64,000 nucleotides of DNA from Lytechinus pictus (taxonomy: Eukaryota): assembly GCF_037042905.1 (NCBI RefSeq), contig NC_087247.1:19282001-19346000 (forward strand). The letters run 5' to 3'. The number at the start of each line of letters is the position of its first letter. Position 1 is the first letter of the stretch. Below, in pieces: positions 22,168 through 34,288 of this stretch. The position numbers and the translations under genes are program-made. The notes below the pieces were generated by a model. It ran no database searches. It saw only the letters and a list, made by a program, of their open reading frames with translations, and was not told where the DNA came from.

Positions 22168-24822
22168 ATGACCAGTTGTGGCGATCTTTGTAGTCATCCA
22201 GGACTAAGTGAATGGATTGAACAGAATCTGAAGAAACGCAGAGGCTGGGTTGAGTTGGATAAACTGTGCAGTGCAATGTCCAGCCTTCCAGACACCCACA
22301 GGGCATGTAGATGTGAAGTCTCAGAAGTATTAAAAAGTTCAACCTTTCAGAAGCATTTTCTTATTCGAGAGAATGTGGTCTTCTTGAAGACAAGCTATGA
22401 AAACGGTCTCAAAAAGTTGAGAAATCTACTTCAGGAGAGGGGCCCTTTATCATTAAAGACACTTCATAAGAATCTGAGACAAATTCTGACAGAGGGTGAA
22501 GAAGTGGCGCTTGGAAGGAATAAGAAAGACCTGAAATCTACCGTATGCAGTGAGTCTGCAATTTTCTCAACAGAGCCGTTTACTGGTTTGATAGTGTTAT
22601 GTGGTGTGCATCCAATTTTAGATCAATCCTGTTGTCATTCAGGGGTGATAGGATGGATTGAGCAGTGCCTTAAAAAGCATTCTGGTTGGTCTACCATTGA
22701 TGATATGAACAAGTATAAATCTCAGCTTGGTGCTGGTAAGCAGTCCTGTAAGTGTGCCTTGGCGTCCTTGATATTGCTTCCTAATATTCGCAAGCATTTC
22801 CATGTTCAAGGAAATAATGTCTTTGAAAAGTCGTACTACCGGTCTGGTCTCAAGAAAATGACAGATGTTCTTGTGAGGAATGGTCCAACAAAGATCAATG
22901 TATTGCTGAATATGCTGAAAGATGCCGATAATCTTTCTGAGACAGAACTGAGGGCCCTTGGTGAGAATGAGAAGGCTCTTTTGGACACCATTTGTAAAGA
23001 ACAACAATTGTTTCAGCCATTATCTCATTCTGGTCGAGTTCACTTGAAATCTGGTTGCCGAAAGCCATGCAGACATCAAGCTCTAATTGTATGGATTAAT
23101 AGCTACTTGAATAAATGCGATGAGTGGGTTAGTATTGAAAAGCTCTGTGAAGCCACTTCTAAAATCCCTAATTCTGAGAATCTATGTAGATGTGAGCTCT
23201 CTGAAGTACTCCGTGATGAAAAGCTGTCTTTTCACGTTCAGGGTAATGATATTTGCTCACGGTCATTGTTTTCATCAAATTATAAAAGTGGCATAAAGAA
23301 GATAGAAGATTTCTTGAAGAAGAAAGGCCCACAACCAGTAGGTATATTACTGAACATGCTTAAACAATGCAAGGTAATGACAGCAAATGAAGAGAGGGTA
23401 CTTGGCAGGAACAAAAAGGAACTAGCTTATACTATCACCAGAGAGCCATCAGTTTTCAAGTTTGTATCTCCTCCGGGTGTTGTAATGTTGAGGACTAGCC
23501 GTCACGAAGACAAGAACCAAGTGACCAAAGTTATTGAGTACCTTGAAAAATATCTGAGAACTTGCCAGAAATGTTATGTGAAAACTTTGTTGAAACAAGT
23601 TGTCAGACATGAGTCTTTGAGCACAGGATGTATTTCCGGGGTACGTTCACTCAGGAGATTGCTAGCAGCACACCCCGAACGTTTCCTCATACACGGTGAT
23701 GGAAGTGTGTCTCTCACAAAGAGACGCCGAAAGGCCCTCAGTGACCCTCCAAAGTCACATGGAATTAAAAGGCATGGAGCCCCAGAAGTCTCTGTTGAAC
23801 AGTCTGTGGATGAACCAGTACATACACAAGTATTTTGTTCATCTACTGAAGATATGAACGCCTCAAAGTCATTGAATGCCGGTGACAAGAACATCAATCT
23901 TGACTCTACTTCAATCTGCAAACAAACAGAAATTTCTCATGAAGCTGGTAAAAGTGAATCCTCAAGAGATTTCAATAGAGGCTTGTGTTTCATTGAAAAG
24001 CTCCTTGAAAATCATGGACCTATGATGTTGCAAGACATTCATACTTCCATTGTAGCTTCTTCAAAACTTGACAAGCCAGCAAGAAGAATCCTTGGGAGAA
24101 CACCAGAGGAGTTGCTCTCAATACTCCTGTTGCAGAAAGACACTTTTCATGTCATACCCCCAAGTGACCTTGTTGTGTTGTGCAAGACAGCACAAATGAA
24201 AGTAAATCCGTGGGTGACTGGTCTGAAGAAAGTAGAGGAGTATTTAAAAAGGAGTCGTCAATTAGATGAGCTGGTGGATTTCATTAGAAGTAACCTTACA
24301 GTACAAGAGAGGCGAGTATTTGGGGAATCAAAGAAGAAAGTAAATCGTACTCTTGCCCTCTGCAAAGATAGATTTCTGAATAGCAGTGGCGTTATTATTC
24401 TTAGATCTGCTCAAGTACCATTATCTAGAGTTGAAGGAGGTGTGACAAAGAGAAAGATCAAGGGAAAAGATAATGCTGAATGCACAGAAGAAAACACAAG
24501 CAAAAAGCGAAAAACTGATCCTAAATTTCAGACACCAAGAGGCTCTATGGTAGTTCATGTTGTTGAGACAGCTGAAGAATGGGCACAGGCCTGTTCTTCT
24601 CTCTTTGAAAGTAAATCATCAGTGGTTGGCATAGAATGTGACAGTAAGTGGTTTGTATTGAAGCAGTGGGATGGTAAAGTGATCGCAGCAAAGATCCAGC
24701 GGTGTGTAGCCCAAGCATCATCCAAATGTGAGCAGCCTGTGGGACAGAGCAGGACACCAAGCAAAACAGGAGACATTTTTGAGCAGTTATCACTTCTTCT
24801 CACAAGTTCAACTATTCTCAAG
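22168..24822 (+). CDS. Egalitarian/EXD1-like protein, coding exon 1: tandem winged-helix (LOTUS/Egl-type) modules plus start of the 3'-5' exonuclease-like domain
   Basis: 885 open codons with an in-frame TAA just upstream of the ATG. Acceptor ctgcag| at 22132 and donor AAG|gtcagc at 24823. Repeated LG-N-K-L...F...G-V-L modules, LRRLLAAHPERFLIHGDGSVSL, and VVGIECDS...LLLTSSTILK typical of the Egl/EXD1 DnaQ fold. Confidence 0.85.
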
Positions 24823-24841
24823 GTCAGCAAGTCTTATGTTT

Positions 24842-25050
24842 GGTTCCATGACAATTGCTCCGGCGACAATTGCTCCGCTGTGAATTCCACACACTAAAAG
24901 AATCGTCAACTTCAACCCAGGATTTAACACTATACCCTATCCTTAACCTAACCCTAAACCTAAAATAAAACCCCTATTGCAACCCTAACTCTATATCTTA
25001 GACGAAATAAATCCCGGAGCAATAGTTGCAGGAGCAAATGTCGTGTCACC
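24842..25050. mobile_element. MuDR-like MITE carrying degenerate CCCTAA repeats, inserted ~19 bp into the intron
   Basis: TIRs GGTTCCATGACAATTGCTCC / GGAGCAAATGTCGTGTCACC. CTTATGTT flanks both sides. Confidence 0.7.
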
Positions 25051-26063
25051 CTTATGTTGTGTTATTGTGTACACGATCAAATTTTTATTAGGAAGCAATA
25101 AACAAGCTTACACTACATCAGAATAAATTTATTTTCTGTTGCAGAGATTTGTGTCAGGATAATGTTTCCCATTATTTGTGATTATTTATTATCTGACAAG
25201 GCTTTTCAAAGTTAATCAGTTGTTACCAAATTTCATTTGAAATTTGAAAATCTGGATAGAATAATAATCAAATAAAAAAAAACTTATAAGGCGGGGGGGG
25301 GGGGGGGGACTTTCTGAAAGTGGGTAAAATAAAAATTCTCCTCTGAGATTTGCACCATTTATTTCAACTTAAAAAAAAAAGACTCAGACTATCCCATACC
25401 AGTCATTATTAATAAAAAGGATGGCAGAGGGTGTTTTTATAGGGCAGCAATTTCCCTTCCAGCTTGTAAAGAAAACGTTTCTGTGGGTGGTTGTAGATAT
25501 TTATTAAGTGATGTTCTGTAGGTACAGTACATGTCCTTGTGATCACTATTTGCTGTTTGAGAAATACTCTTTAATGTTTCCACAGTAGCATACGAGATTC
25601 ATGGGTACATGTATACCGGCATGTATACTGTGAAGAGTATAATAAAGCAACTTGATTCTGCTACTCGAATGGTGCGGAAACCAATGATATCCTGTTATGT
25701 TCTCACTTGGCAGTGATCCAGGAGGGTTACATGTGCATGTACAATAATGACTCAAGTTAGGTGGTGAAATAACTGGAAATGAGGGCAGCTGAAAATGATA
25801 ATGTCAATGGGAGTTGAATATCTAAAAAGTGAATGATAAAAGAGGCACAGAATATGGCTAGGTCCACCTAGTCATGCTCATGAATGACACCCCCCCCCCC
25901 CCCAAAAAAAAAAAATGTCACCTACACTTTTTAGTATCTTTTTTTTTAGTTGAAAATTCTTATTCTCTTTAAAAGAATCTCGTTATGTAACAAAAAAAAC
26001 AAGTCGATTTTAATCTCTTTTGGATTAGAAATTACTTTTTGTTATATCCTTGTCATTTTAAAG

Positions 26064-26144
26064 GTGGTGTATGATGTCCAAAAGATCTCTTCTATGCTGC
26101 GTGATAAGATGCCTCTCAACATCGAAAACGTATTTGATATCAAG
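26064..26144 (+). CDS. Egalitarian/EXD1-like protein, coding exon 2 (exonuclease-like domain)
   Basis: VVYDVQKISSMLRDKMPLNIENVFDIK corresponds to the family segment K-VIHDCR-D...NVFDTQ. Boundaries aag| and |gtgaga, phase 0/0. Confidence 0.85.
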
Positions 26145-26970
26145 GTGAGAAATCAGTGTTCGTAGATCATTCATAATATGAGTACATACAAGGGTGACCC
26201 TCCCCCTTCCCTCTCCCACCACCTCTTCATCAATAAAAATACCCTGATGCTGCTTACCAATTTAACTTCTTTTATGCAGTTTATGTTTTCGATTATACTG
26301 ATTTAACAAGAGCTGATCACTAACTTACAATAAAACATTTTTGCTGCTGATACTATCAAAGTGGCAATCCCTGTTAATTCATTTGAACTTATTTTGAATG
26401 GGGGATTGACTTTGTGGGAACTTACAGTACAATTTGTCTTGTTTGCCCATGATGTGTAAAAAACCAAACCAACCATGAATTTGCCAAAATGAATTTAGTC
26501 ATTTTAATTTAGATGAAAAAATTGCATCCTAGTAAGGCTTTAATAAAGAGGTTACTGATCAAAGTTAGTCTACAATAAGTCAAATTTACTTGGTTTAAAG
26601 TAGAAGAATAACATGTAAAGGGAGATATTGAAATGAATTTGAATCTCCTATCTTTATTAATCTTCAACAAGACCACTCTTTACTTCATAAACAAATATTT
26701 TTTGCAATGTTTAGGGATAGTGTAATGTTAGCCGCAGGACAATGTTTCTAATCTCTGAATATGTACAGGTTAGTCTAAAATCAAGATTGTAATCATTGAA
26801 TATATCTCTTGACTCTCAGTTCGTGACCGGATTCTGATTTGAGATTTGAATCCTTTTAGGCATTGGTCTGAGATTTCTCTCCAATCAATCCTGTGATTAT
26901 GTATGTTTTTTTTTTAAATCTGTATTTGACACACTGAATGGCTGTAATACATCATCTGGTTTATTTACAG

Positions 26971-27191
26971 GTGGCTAATCAACTCATCAGTCGCACCAGC
27001 CTGTCACATTGGATACCCCATCCTTTATCATTCACAGAACTGTGTGAGAGGTATAGCATTATTCCGTCTGCTGTAGTCCAAGTGGTCTCTCAATCTGTCA
27101 GTGGAGTTGATGATCAGGATGTCGCAAATCTGAAGAACATGGCTGTCCTGACCTGTACCCTTATACCACATTTCTTGCGCAAGATGTACAG
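26971..27191 (+). CDS. Egalitarian/EXD1-like protein, coding exon 3
   Basis: VANQLISR...LSFTELCERY matches the family segment VA...SL--LC--Y. Boundaries tttacag| and AG|gtacat, phase 0/2. Confidence 0.8.
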
Positions 27192-28581
27192 GTACATGTA
27201 TACTCTAAATTAGGAAGTTTTTTACTTACGGGTATGATTTGTTTTTTACTTACGGGTATGAATTTTTGCATGAAATATGAAGATGAGTTGTGCTTTGTAG
27301 TTTGATCTTTCTTTCCTATGTAGGGAGTTTGAATTATAATGGAAAAACACACAGAGCTGCCAACTATTAAGAAATTAAGAAAAAATCACTACTATTTTCA
27401 TGTCAAGTTATGCCATTTCACTTTGACCTTTAATAGTTTTTATGCTTTGAGCATGAATAGGAATGTGCTCGTTTGATACACACATAGTTAAATACATTGC
27501 ACAGTGTCATAATCATTTGAAGGCAGGTGATAATATTCATTTCACGCATGATCATGTCTCATTGTTTTCACCATGCATGTCATACGCGGTGTTTTCTCGA
27601 AATATATTTTTTCAGTTATTTGTAAATATATTTTTCAGCTATTTGTAAATTTACTTTCCCGACCGGGCAATTGGCGTCAAAAAGTTATTTTGTAACGTGG
27701 GTAAATGTTCCTGACAATTACCCTGTAGGGTTGGCATCTGTGCACATTAGGTGCTGTTCTATTTTGTCTTTAAAGAAATTTATATTACTGCGCGTTGCAT
27801 ATGAAATAACTACTTTTATCTCAAAATTATTACTTTTGAGCTTCTGGATTACTACTTTTTTACTTTTATAGGTTGGCAGCTCTGTACACATGTATTTTTT
27901 TCTACCCATTCACCTCACTTTGGTTGATTGCAGTTCAGTGTGGATGAATTTCTCGCTGAATAAAAGTAACACCGGGAGTAGGATTCCAACCCATTATCAT
28001 TGATTGAAAAGAGAGAGTTAGAATCACTGCACCATGATGCTTCCAAAGATATTACTTAATGGAAAAAAATTGATTCAAATATACAAAAATGCTTGGTAGA
28101 TTGACCATTGATACCAATAATAATCAAAGTAATAATGCTGATGAATTGCAAACTTACTGTCATCAATCATCATACTCATCATCATCTTGAGTAGGTATTA
28201 CTTTTATTATCGCCCCTACTATTTGATGGATATATCACCTGTGTCTATGAAAGTTAATTTGAGGTAAATAAAAACCTCTGAACCCTCGAGTGGTAATTAT
28301 CCTTTCTGTTATTGAGGGGCTTCTATCATTCTGTTTCATGAATAAAATATTTCAGATGTTGCAAACCTGCAAATATGCAACAAGAAGGAAACATTTTTGG
28401 TCTTTCAGTCATGATCTGAGTCTAATCTGTACTAAATATTGTTACTCTGGCTGGAAGACACTACATAAGCTGAGCCATATCAGTCATATGTTTGTAATAT
28501 CATATACATGTAGATATTGTCTTTTAGATTATGAAGGATTCATTTTTATGTTATATTACATTTATCGTGATTTTTTTTCAG

Positions 28582-29725
28582 AGATTTGAATGTGGATCTT
28601 CTCACAGAGCACAACTGCATTGTTGAAGAGCTCTGTAATGCATGGAGAAAAGGACCTCAATCAAGACTAAGTTCCAGCAGAGATCTTGATATATCTTCAG
28701 CTCAAGAGCAGGAAATGCCCAGCGTGCAAGCACCTCAGCCTTGCATTACTGATTGCCCTGTACCTGTTGAAGAACCGAGTACTGCTGGAGAATGTGATCC
28801 AGGAAGACAATTTCCATCATCGGCTGAAGAGCCAGGGTCAGGAACTCAACCTCTGGAGCATACTAAAGCAGTCTCGGGCCAGGAGCAGGGAACCCCTTTG
28901 GCTAGTACTCATATCCTGGATCCTCATCCCCTTCTGCAATCTGGAAGCTCTTTTATTCCATGCGATTCTGGTTCACGGTCAGGCATTCATCCTCCAGGGG
29001 ATCCTAAAACATCAGTCCAGGAGCTGGGATTTTCCCCTATCAATGCACAGATTGTCAATTCTCATGCTCTCATTCTGAAAGCTGGAGGATCCTGTACTCC
29101 ATGGGCTTGTGATTCACAGTATAGAAATCTTACCCCCAAGGATTCGAAGGCAACTTCAATTCATGAGCAGGGAGCTTCTGTGGTCAGCAAGCAGGTGGTG
29201 GACCCTTGTGTTCCTGATCCTCCAATATTGCATTCTCAACCATCTTGTGTCCCATGGATGTCTGCTTGGCAGTCAAGAAGAAATCATGCTCCTCAATATA
29301 CTAATGCAACTTCAGTCCAAATGCAGGGGATGCCAACTACCAACAAGCCAATCCTGAAAATTCCAAAGCCTGGCCCTAATCATATTGGAGATGTCTGTCT
29401 AGCTGGTAATGGAGAGGTAGGGATGTCTGTGCTAAACAAGTGCCTTCCTAACCCTCAAAATCTCTCCGCTAATGTACCGTATGCTCCTAAAGAATCTGTT
29501 TTGAGCCATGAAAATCAACTTCTAACAAACTCTAACTCTTCTGCAGGGAGAGTACAAGGAATCACTTCAACAAGCACACAGATTCCTAACCCTCCATTGC
29601 AGGATCCACGTGTTCGTCATGTTGAAGAGCTGTATGAGGCATTGGAGGCGGGTTTGGGTGCAGGCAAATATCTTCCTAAGTATTCCCGTAAGTCTTCCGC
29701 AAAGAAACAGCAGAAACATCTTTGA
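28582..29725 (+). CDS. Egalitarian/EXD1-like protein, terminal exon (post-exonuclease helix and disordered repeat tail)
   Basis: Acceptor ttttcag| with matching phase 2 joins the 379-aa ORF. Joined CDS 2655+81+221+1144 = 4101 nt, giving 1366 aa. Confidence 0.8.
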
Positions 29726-32030
29726 TGAGATGTCTAACCCTTCTTTTCCACATCCTAGATTGTCTTTAGGGGAGAGTTGTCAACATTGTATTTTCTAGGT
29801 AAGAGGATATTTGAAGAAGTGTTGTCTTTTACAACTTATTCCTACATTTTGCTTAAGTATCATTAGATGGGCTATAATAAATTCCTTACCCAAGTACTAA
29901 GGGATATACATTTTTAGAATCAAATAATATATACTGTTTATCACAGTATGGTACCTAACACTATCAAAGGGAGATATCTTGGGCCCATTTAATAAAGGGT
30001 TACAACTATTGCCATTATGGCCACTACCATCGTGGTAAAGGCTTTGCAGCCAATCAAAATCAAGGTTTCTTTCCATGGGAGTTAATGCCAAATTTACAAT
30101 TATAGGCTTAACTATTTTAAACAGGCCTTATGATATCATATTTCAGTATGAAATTATGACTTTCGATTCCTCTACAAAATTGATAATTTATTCCTATTGT
30201 CCTTACTAAAGGATAAATGGAAAAAATATCGTCCTTACTAAATGGCTGAATGAATCCAAATAAGCAGCATAATGATAATTATAGGAACTTTATAAAAAAT
30301 TTAGTGGCTAATTGTTTAAATTGATAATTTTGTAAACCACGATTGGAATAGGTGATGACTGGATTTAATATACATGAATCCATGGTAATCTGAAGCTTTG
30401 CTTTTCTCTATATATGATATATGATATGTTTTTTCTTAAGAATGATCACTGTAATTATCAGAAATTACCAGTAGTGCGTCTGAATGTATCTCTTGCTTCC
30501 AAAATACTTTGTTACCTTATTCAAGGTTTGTAAGATCATTGATCATGATTTAAGGCTTTATGGCATATTAGATTTGGGACTGTATATTACAGTGGTTTAT
30601 TAAAAGTGATGTTAAGACAAGCAAGAAAGTAACTAGAGAGTAATGTTATTTGCTTATGACTTAAAAACATAAATATATCATTATGTTTTATGAAATTAGC
30701 TCATGTCATCTTGACTTGAGATATCTAGAAATCTTTGTATGTTTACATGCTTTTTGAGTACATGTATACCTTGCATTGTTAGTATCATAAAGGAAAAAAG
30801 AGTAATTGCTTTTGGTATAAATTTGTTCAGAATTTGTTATGTTTTTGTTATTTTTTTTAATAGAGACTTCCACATATTCAGATACCAATTGATATGATTT
30901 CAAGACGAGTAATTTGTCATATAAACAATCAACTATCATGATTTTTTTAATGTTTTTTATCAAGACCACTATAAATTCCTTTTTATATGCAATAAATTAA
31001 TATTAACACCCTTATGCTCACCTGTTTTTAATGCATTTTAAGGGTAAGTTAGTTGTTTTGATGAGGTATCAAGCGTAAGTTGATGGCATGGGTTTTTTGT
31101 TTCATATTATCTATTGGACAAGTAGGGTTTGGAGTGATTTTGGGATGTACATGTAAACATCGAAGGAAGAAATTGGGGAAATGAGATAAGAACTAGAGCT
31201 GTAATATGAGTTTGTTGATACAGTTTACAAGTTTAATTATAGTTTCTAACTATTTGAATAAAACCATTAACAGCATTCCATTTAAGAAATTACCAAGTAA
31301 TCAAAATGAAAACATTGTTATCATTATTAATGAAAAATCAGATGGCTTCATATTGTTAAAAAAAAGCTTCTTGAATTTCATGGCTTGCTTCCTAGCTAAA
31401 TGATATGAATCTTAATAATTTCCTTTCTTCATAGGAAATGATATACTGTACATCCCAATTGTGTATATGTCTTCAGAACAATTTCAAAGAGACGATATAT
31501 GGAAATACATGGTGTAGCTCAATTATATTCCTCTCATCAACTTTGCTAAAAGAAATATGTTGTCTCAATTTCTCCTTTCCACAGAAAATTATAGATGCCT
31601 TTTAGGGAACACTTGCCTCTATTGCCCCAAAAAGTTGAGTAAATTGCACGGGGAATACCATGGATGGGCATGTAATCACAGTGCTAAAAGTCTATTTCCA
31701 CTTATTATCATTGATCAAGTTCAATCACTATTCAGAATTTTTCTTTCATGATATCATTATACAGTGGAAAGTTTCATTAATGAAACTTTTGATCTTGCAA
31801 CTTTGCGATTATCAGACTTCTTTTTACCAAGAATCTTGGTTTGATATTTCATAAATTAACCCTTGTACTTAGTAATGTGGATATTTCTTTCCAGGAATAA
31901 GTAATAAAGTATTATGTCAATCTGATAATGCAACTCAATTCATCACCATCCAGTTTGCATTTTCACTTCACTTGCTGCTATGTCTGGCAAGCTTTCAGGT
32001 GTTGAGTTTAGTGTTCATGTTTGAATAGCA

Positions 32031-33325
32031 GGGGAAGGTGGGGTAAGTTGAGCATAGGGGCAAGTTGAGCCACCATCCCCAGGCCGATAACGAATGAGTC
32101 AGACATTATGGTGGTGTCATGTATTGATGACCCATTACATAACCCTTAACCCCATCACATTGTTTTCAACTTTGAAACAAAAAGTACTTTTTTAGAGGGA
32201 AAAATACAAATTTCAGCCAAAAAAGTAAAAAAGGGTGTGAAATATATCAGTGCTTTTTACCCACACACGTCTTTAAATATAATAAAGAAATAAGAACAAT
32301 ATTGTTAGTCCAGGTATGGATTCTCATTCTTGTCATAGTCTTTTACATGATGGATGCATAAGAATTGTGTGGATGTAAAAATACGCATACATTCGTAATT
32401 CCGAAGCTTCGTTATTCCGAAGGTTCGTATTTCCGGAGGTTCGTTAGTCCGAAAACGAAATGAGGTTTGTTATTCCGAAGGTTCGTTAATCCGAAAAAGA
32501 AATGAGGTTCGTAATTCCGAAGGTTCGTTAGTCCGAAAACTAAATGATTAACTAACCTTATTTCGTTTTCGGACTAACAAACCTTTGGAACAACAAACCT
32601 TATTTCGTTTTCGGATTAACGAACCTTCGGAACATCGAACCTTATTTCGTTTTCGGATTATCGAACCTTCGGAATAACGCCGCAAATGTTCGGATTAACG
32701 AACCCTTTTACTTTTTCGGATTAACGAACATCGAGGTATAGGCAATTTACGTGTTTCGGAATTACAAACCTTCGGAATAAAGAACCTTCGGAATTACGAA
32801 GTGTAACCGTAAAAATATCGCATAAAGTTCGGACTGGGGTAATTTGAGCCAGCCAACCTGGGGCAAATTGAGCCATGGTAATTCTTATGGTAATGTATAA
32901 TAAAAATTTTAAAAAAACCTTAAAAGCCATTGATATGCAGGCAGAAAGGAGCAAATTCACACGACAATTCTTTTACTTTTAGAGGATGTTAGTATTTATA
33001 AAGAATTAGCAAGTGAAAAGATTTTAAATAAAAAAATGACATGCTGGTTCTTCCCGCATACATTTTGTACATAGATTTTGTGGCTCAACCTACCCCAGAA
33101 GGTGGCACAACTTACCCCACAGATGGGGCAAGTTGAGCCATTTGACATCGTTTTTTTCAAAGGTCACAATGACTTTCAGTGTGGGGGTAGAAAGTTATAT
33201 ATAGGTAAAAAATATTTCCCAATAATCAAATTTAAAGGCAAGGTACTTATTTCTACAATATTATTAGTCATATCAATTTTAACACGCAAAATGCAAAAAG
33301 TGTCACAACTTACCCCGCCTTCCCC
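32031..33325. mobile_element. Non-autonomous pogo/mariner-like element
   Basis: TIRs GGGGAAGGTGGGGTAAGTTG / CAACTTACCCCGCCTTCCCC followed by TA. Internal GGGGCAA(G/A)TTGAGCCA subrepeats. Confidence 0.7.
32384..32809. mobile_element. Nested foldback/MuDR-like MITE with tandem subterminal repeats
   Basis: Arrays of TTCCGAAGGTTCG and its inverse CGAACCTTCGGAA. TSD TAAAAATA at 32376-32383 and 32810-32817. Confidence 0.8.
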
Positions 33326-34288
33326 TATGTGTAAAATGATTTGTCAGCAAGCTGTATTCATAAGAGATGAGTCAAGGAAATGTAGCACACTCTAAAGCAT
33401 ATTTCATAACAATTTATTTTTTGAAAATTTCCAAAAATTTGTGTCTAGATTGGTCTAATTCTTTGAGGAAATTCAGTCATTGCTAACCTATGTCACTGTG
33501 AAAGTTCAGAGATTGTTACCAGTTGCATCTCTGACTGCTGAAATACAGTGAACAAAAAGAAAAGATCCCCTTAGAATAAAAGTCAATATTAAACTTGTCC
33601 ACCAGTTATAGTTGAAGAGTCTGATACAGATGGATGCCTGTTAGTTTATAGTGTGTTAAGAGATGGTCACGATCTATGTGTTCTCCATTGTTTTACAACA
33701 TGCATATGAAATCAGACCCGTAATCTACATATGATCGAGTTCAGAGGGGGGGGGGTGTCATTTTGCTTCATGTAATCTTGCAAATTAGCATTTTTATAAT
33801 AGGCACCATTGCATCATATTTCCTACTTTGTATCTCTGTCGCCATTGATGCCCAATATTGTATAACTCAATCAAAATCAAGGTTTCCATGGAACTTCTTC
33901 TTGATTTCAAAGTACAAGCTTTAGTGCTCCAGTTTGGACGAAAATTCTAAAAATCAATTTAGGTATTTGCTAATTTATAAAACTTACCTTCACACATCTG
34001 ATTTGCATTGTTTGTCCAGAAGAAGAAAAAATTCAATAAAATTTTGAAATGTTTTTTTGTTGTAAGAATTAGTATGAAGTGTGTGATTCTTTGCTCATTT
34101 GTATCTTCTGTTTTAAAGTACAAATATCAACAGAAAATCAATTAACCCTACCTTTCACAATTTGTATACTGTAGGCCCCTGATACTTTGAAATATAGGAT
34201 TCTCTTGACCTTTTTGACACTGTCATTAGTAAAAGTAGGTGACCATCTACGGTAAAATCGCATTTCATTAACTTTGCAAAGTTCACTC

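Noticed and set aside
24823-24897. Last 24 codons of the 909-aa ORF
   Set aside because: They lie past the splice donor and run into a MITE; the domain continues in the exon at 26064.
32384-32809. Short regularly repeated units resembling a CRISPR array
   Set aside because: Eukaryotic context, no unique spacers, inverted arrangement with a TSD; it is a MITE.
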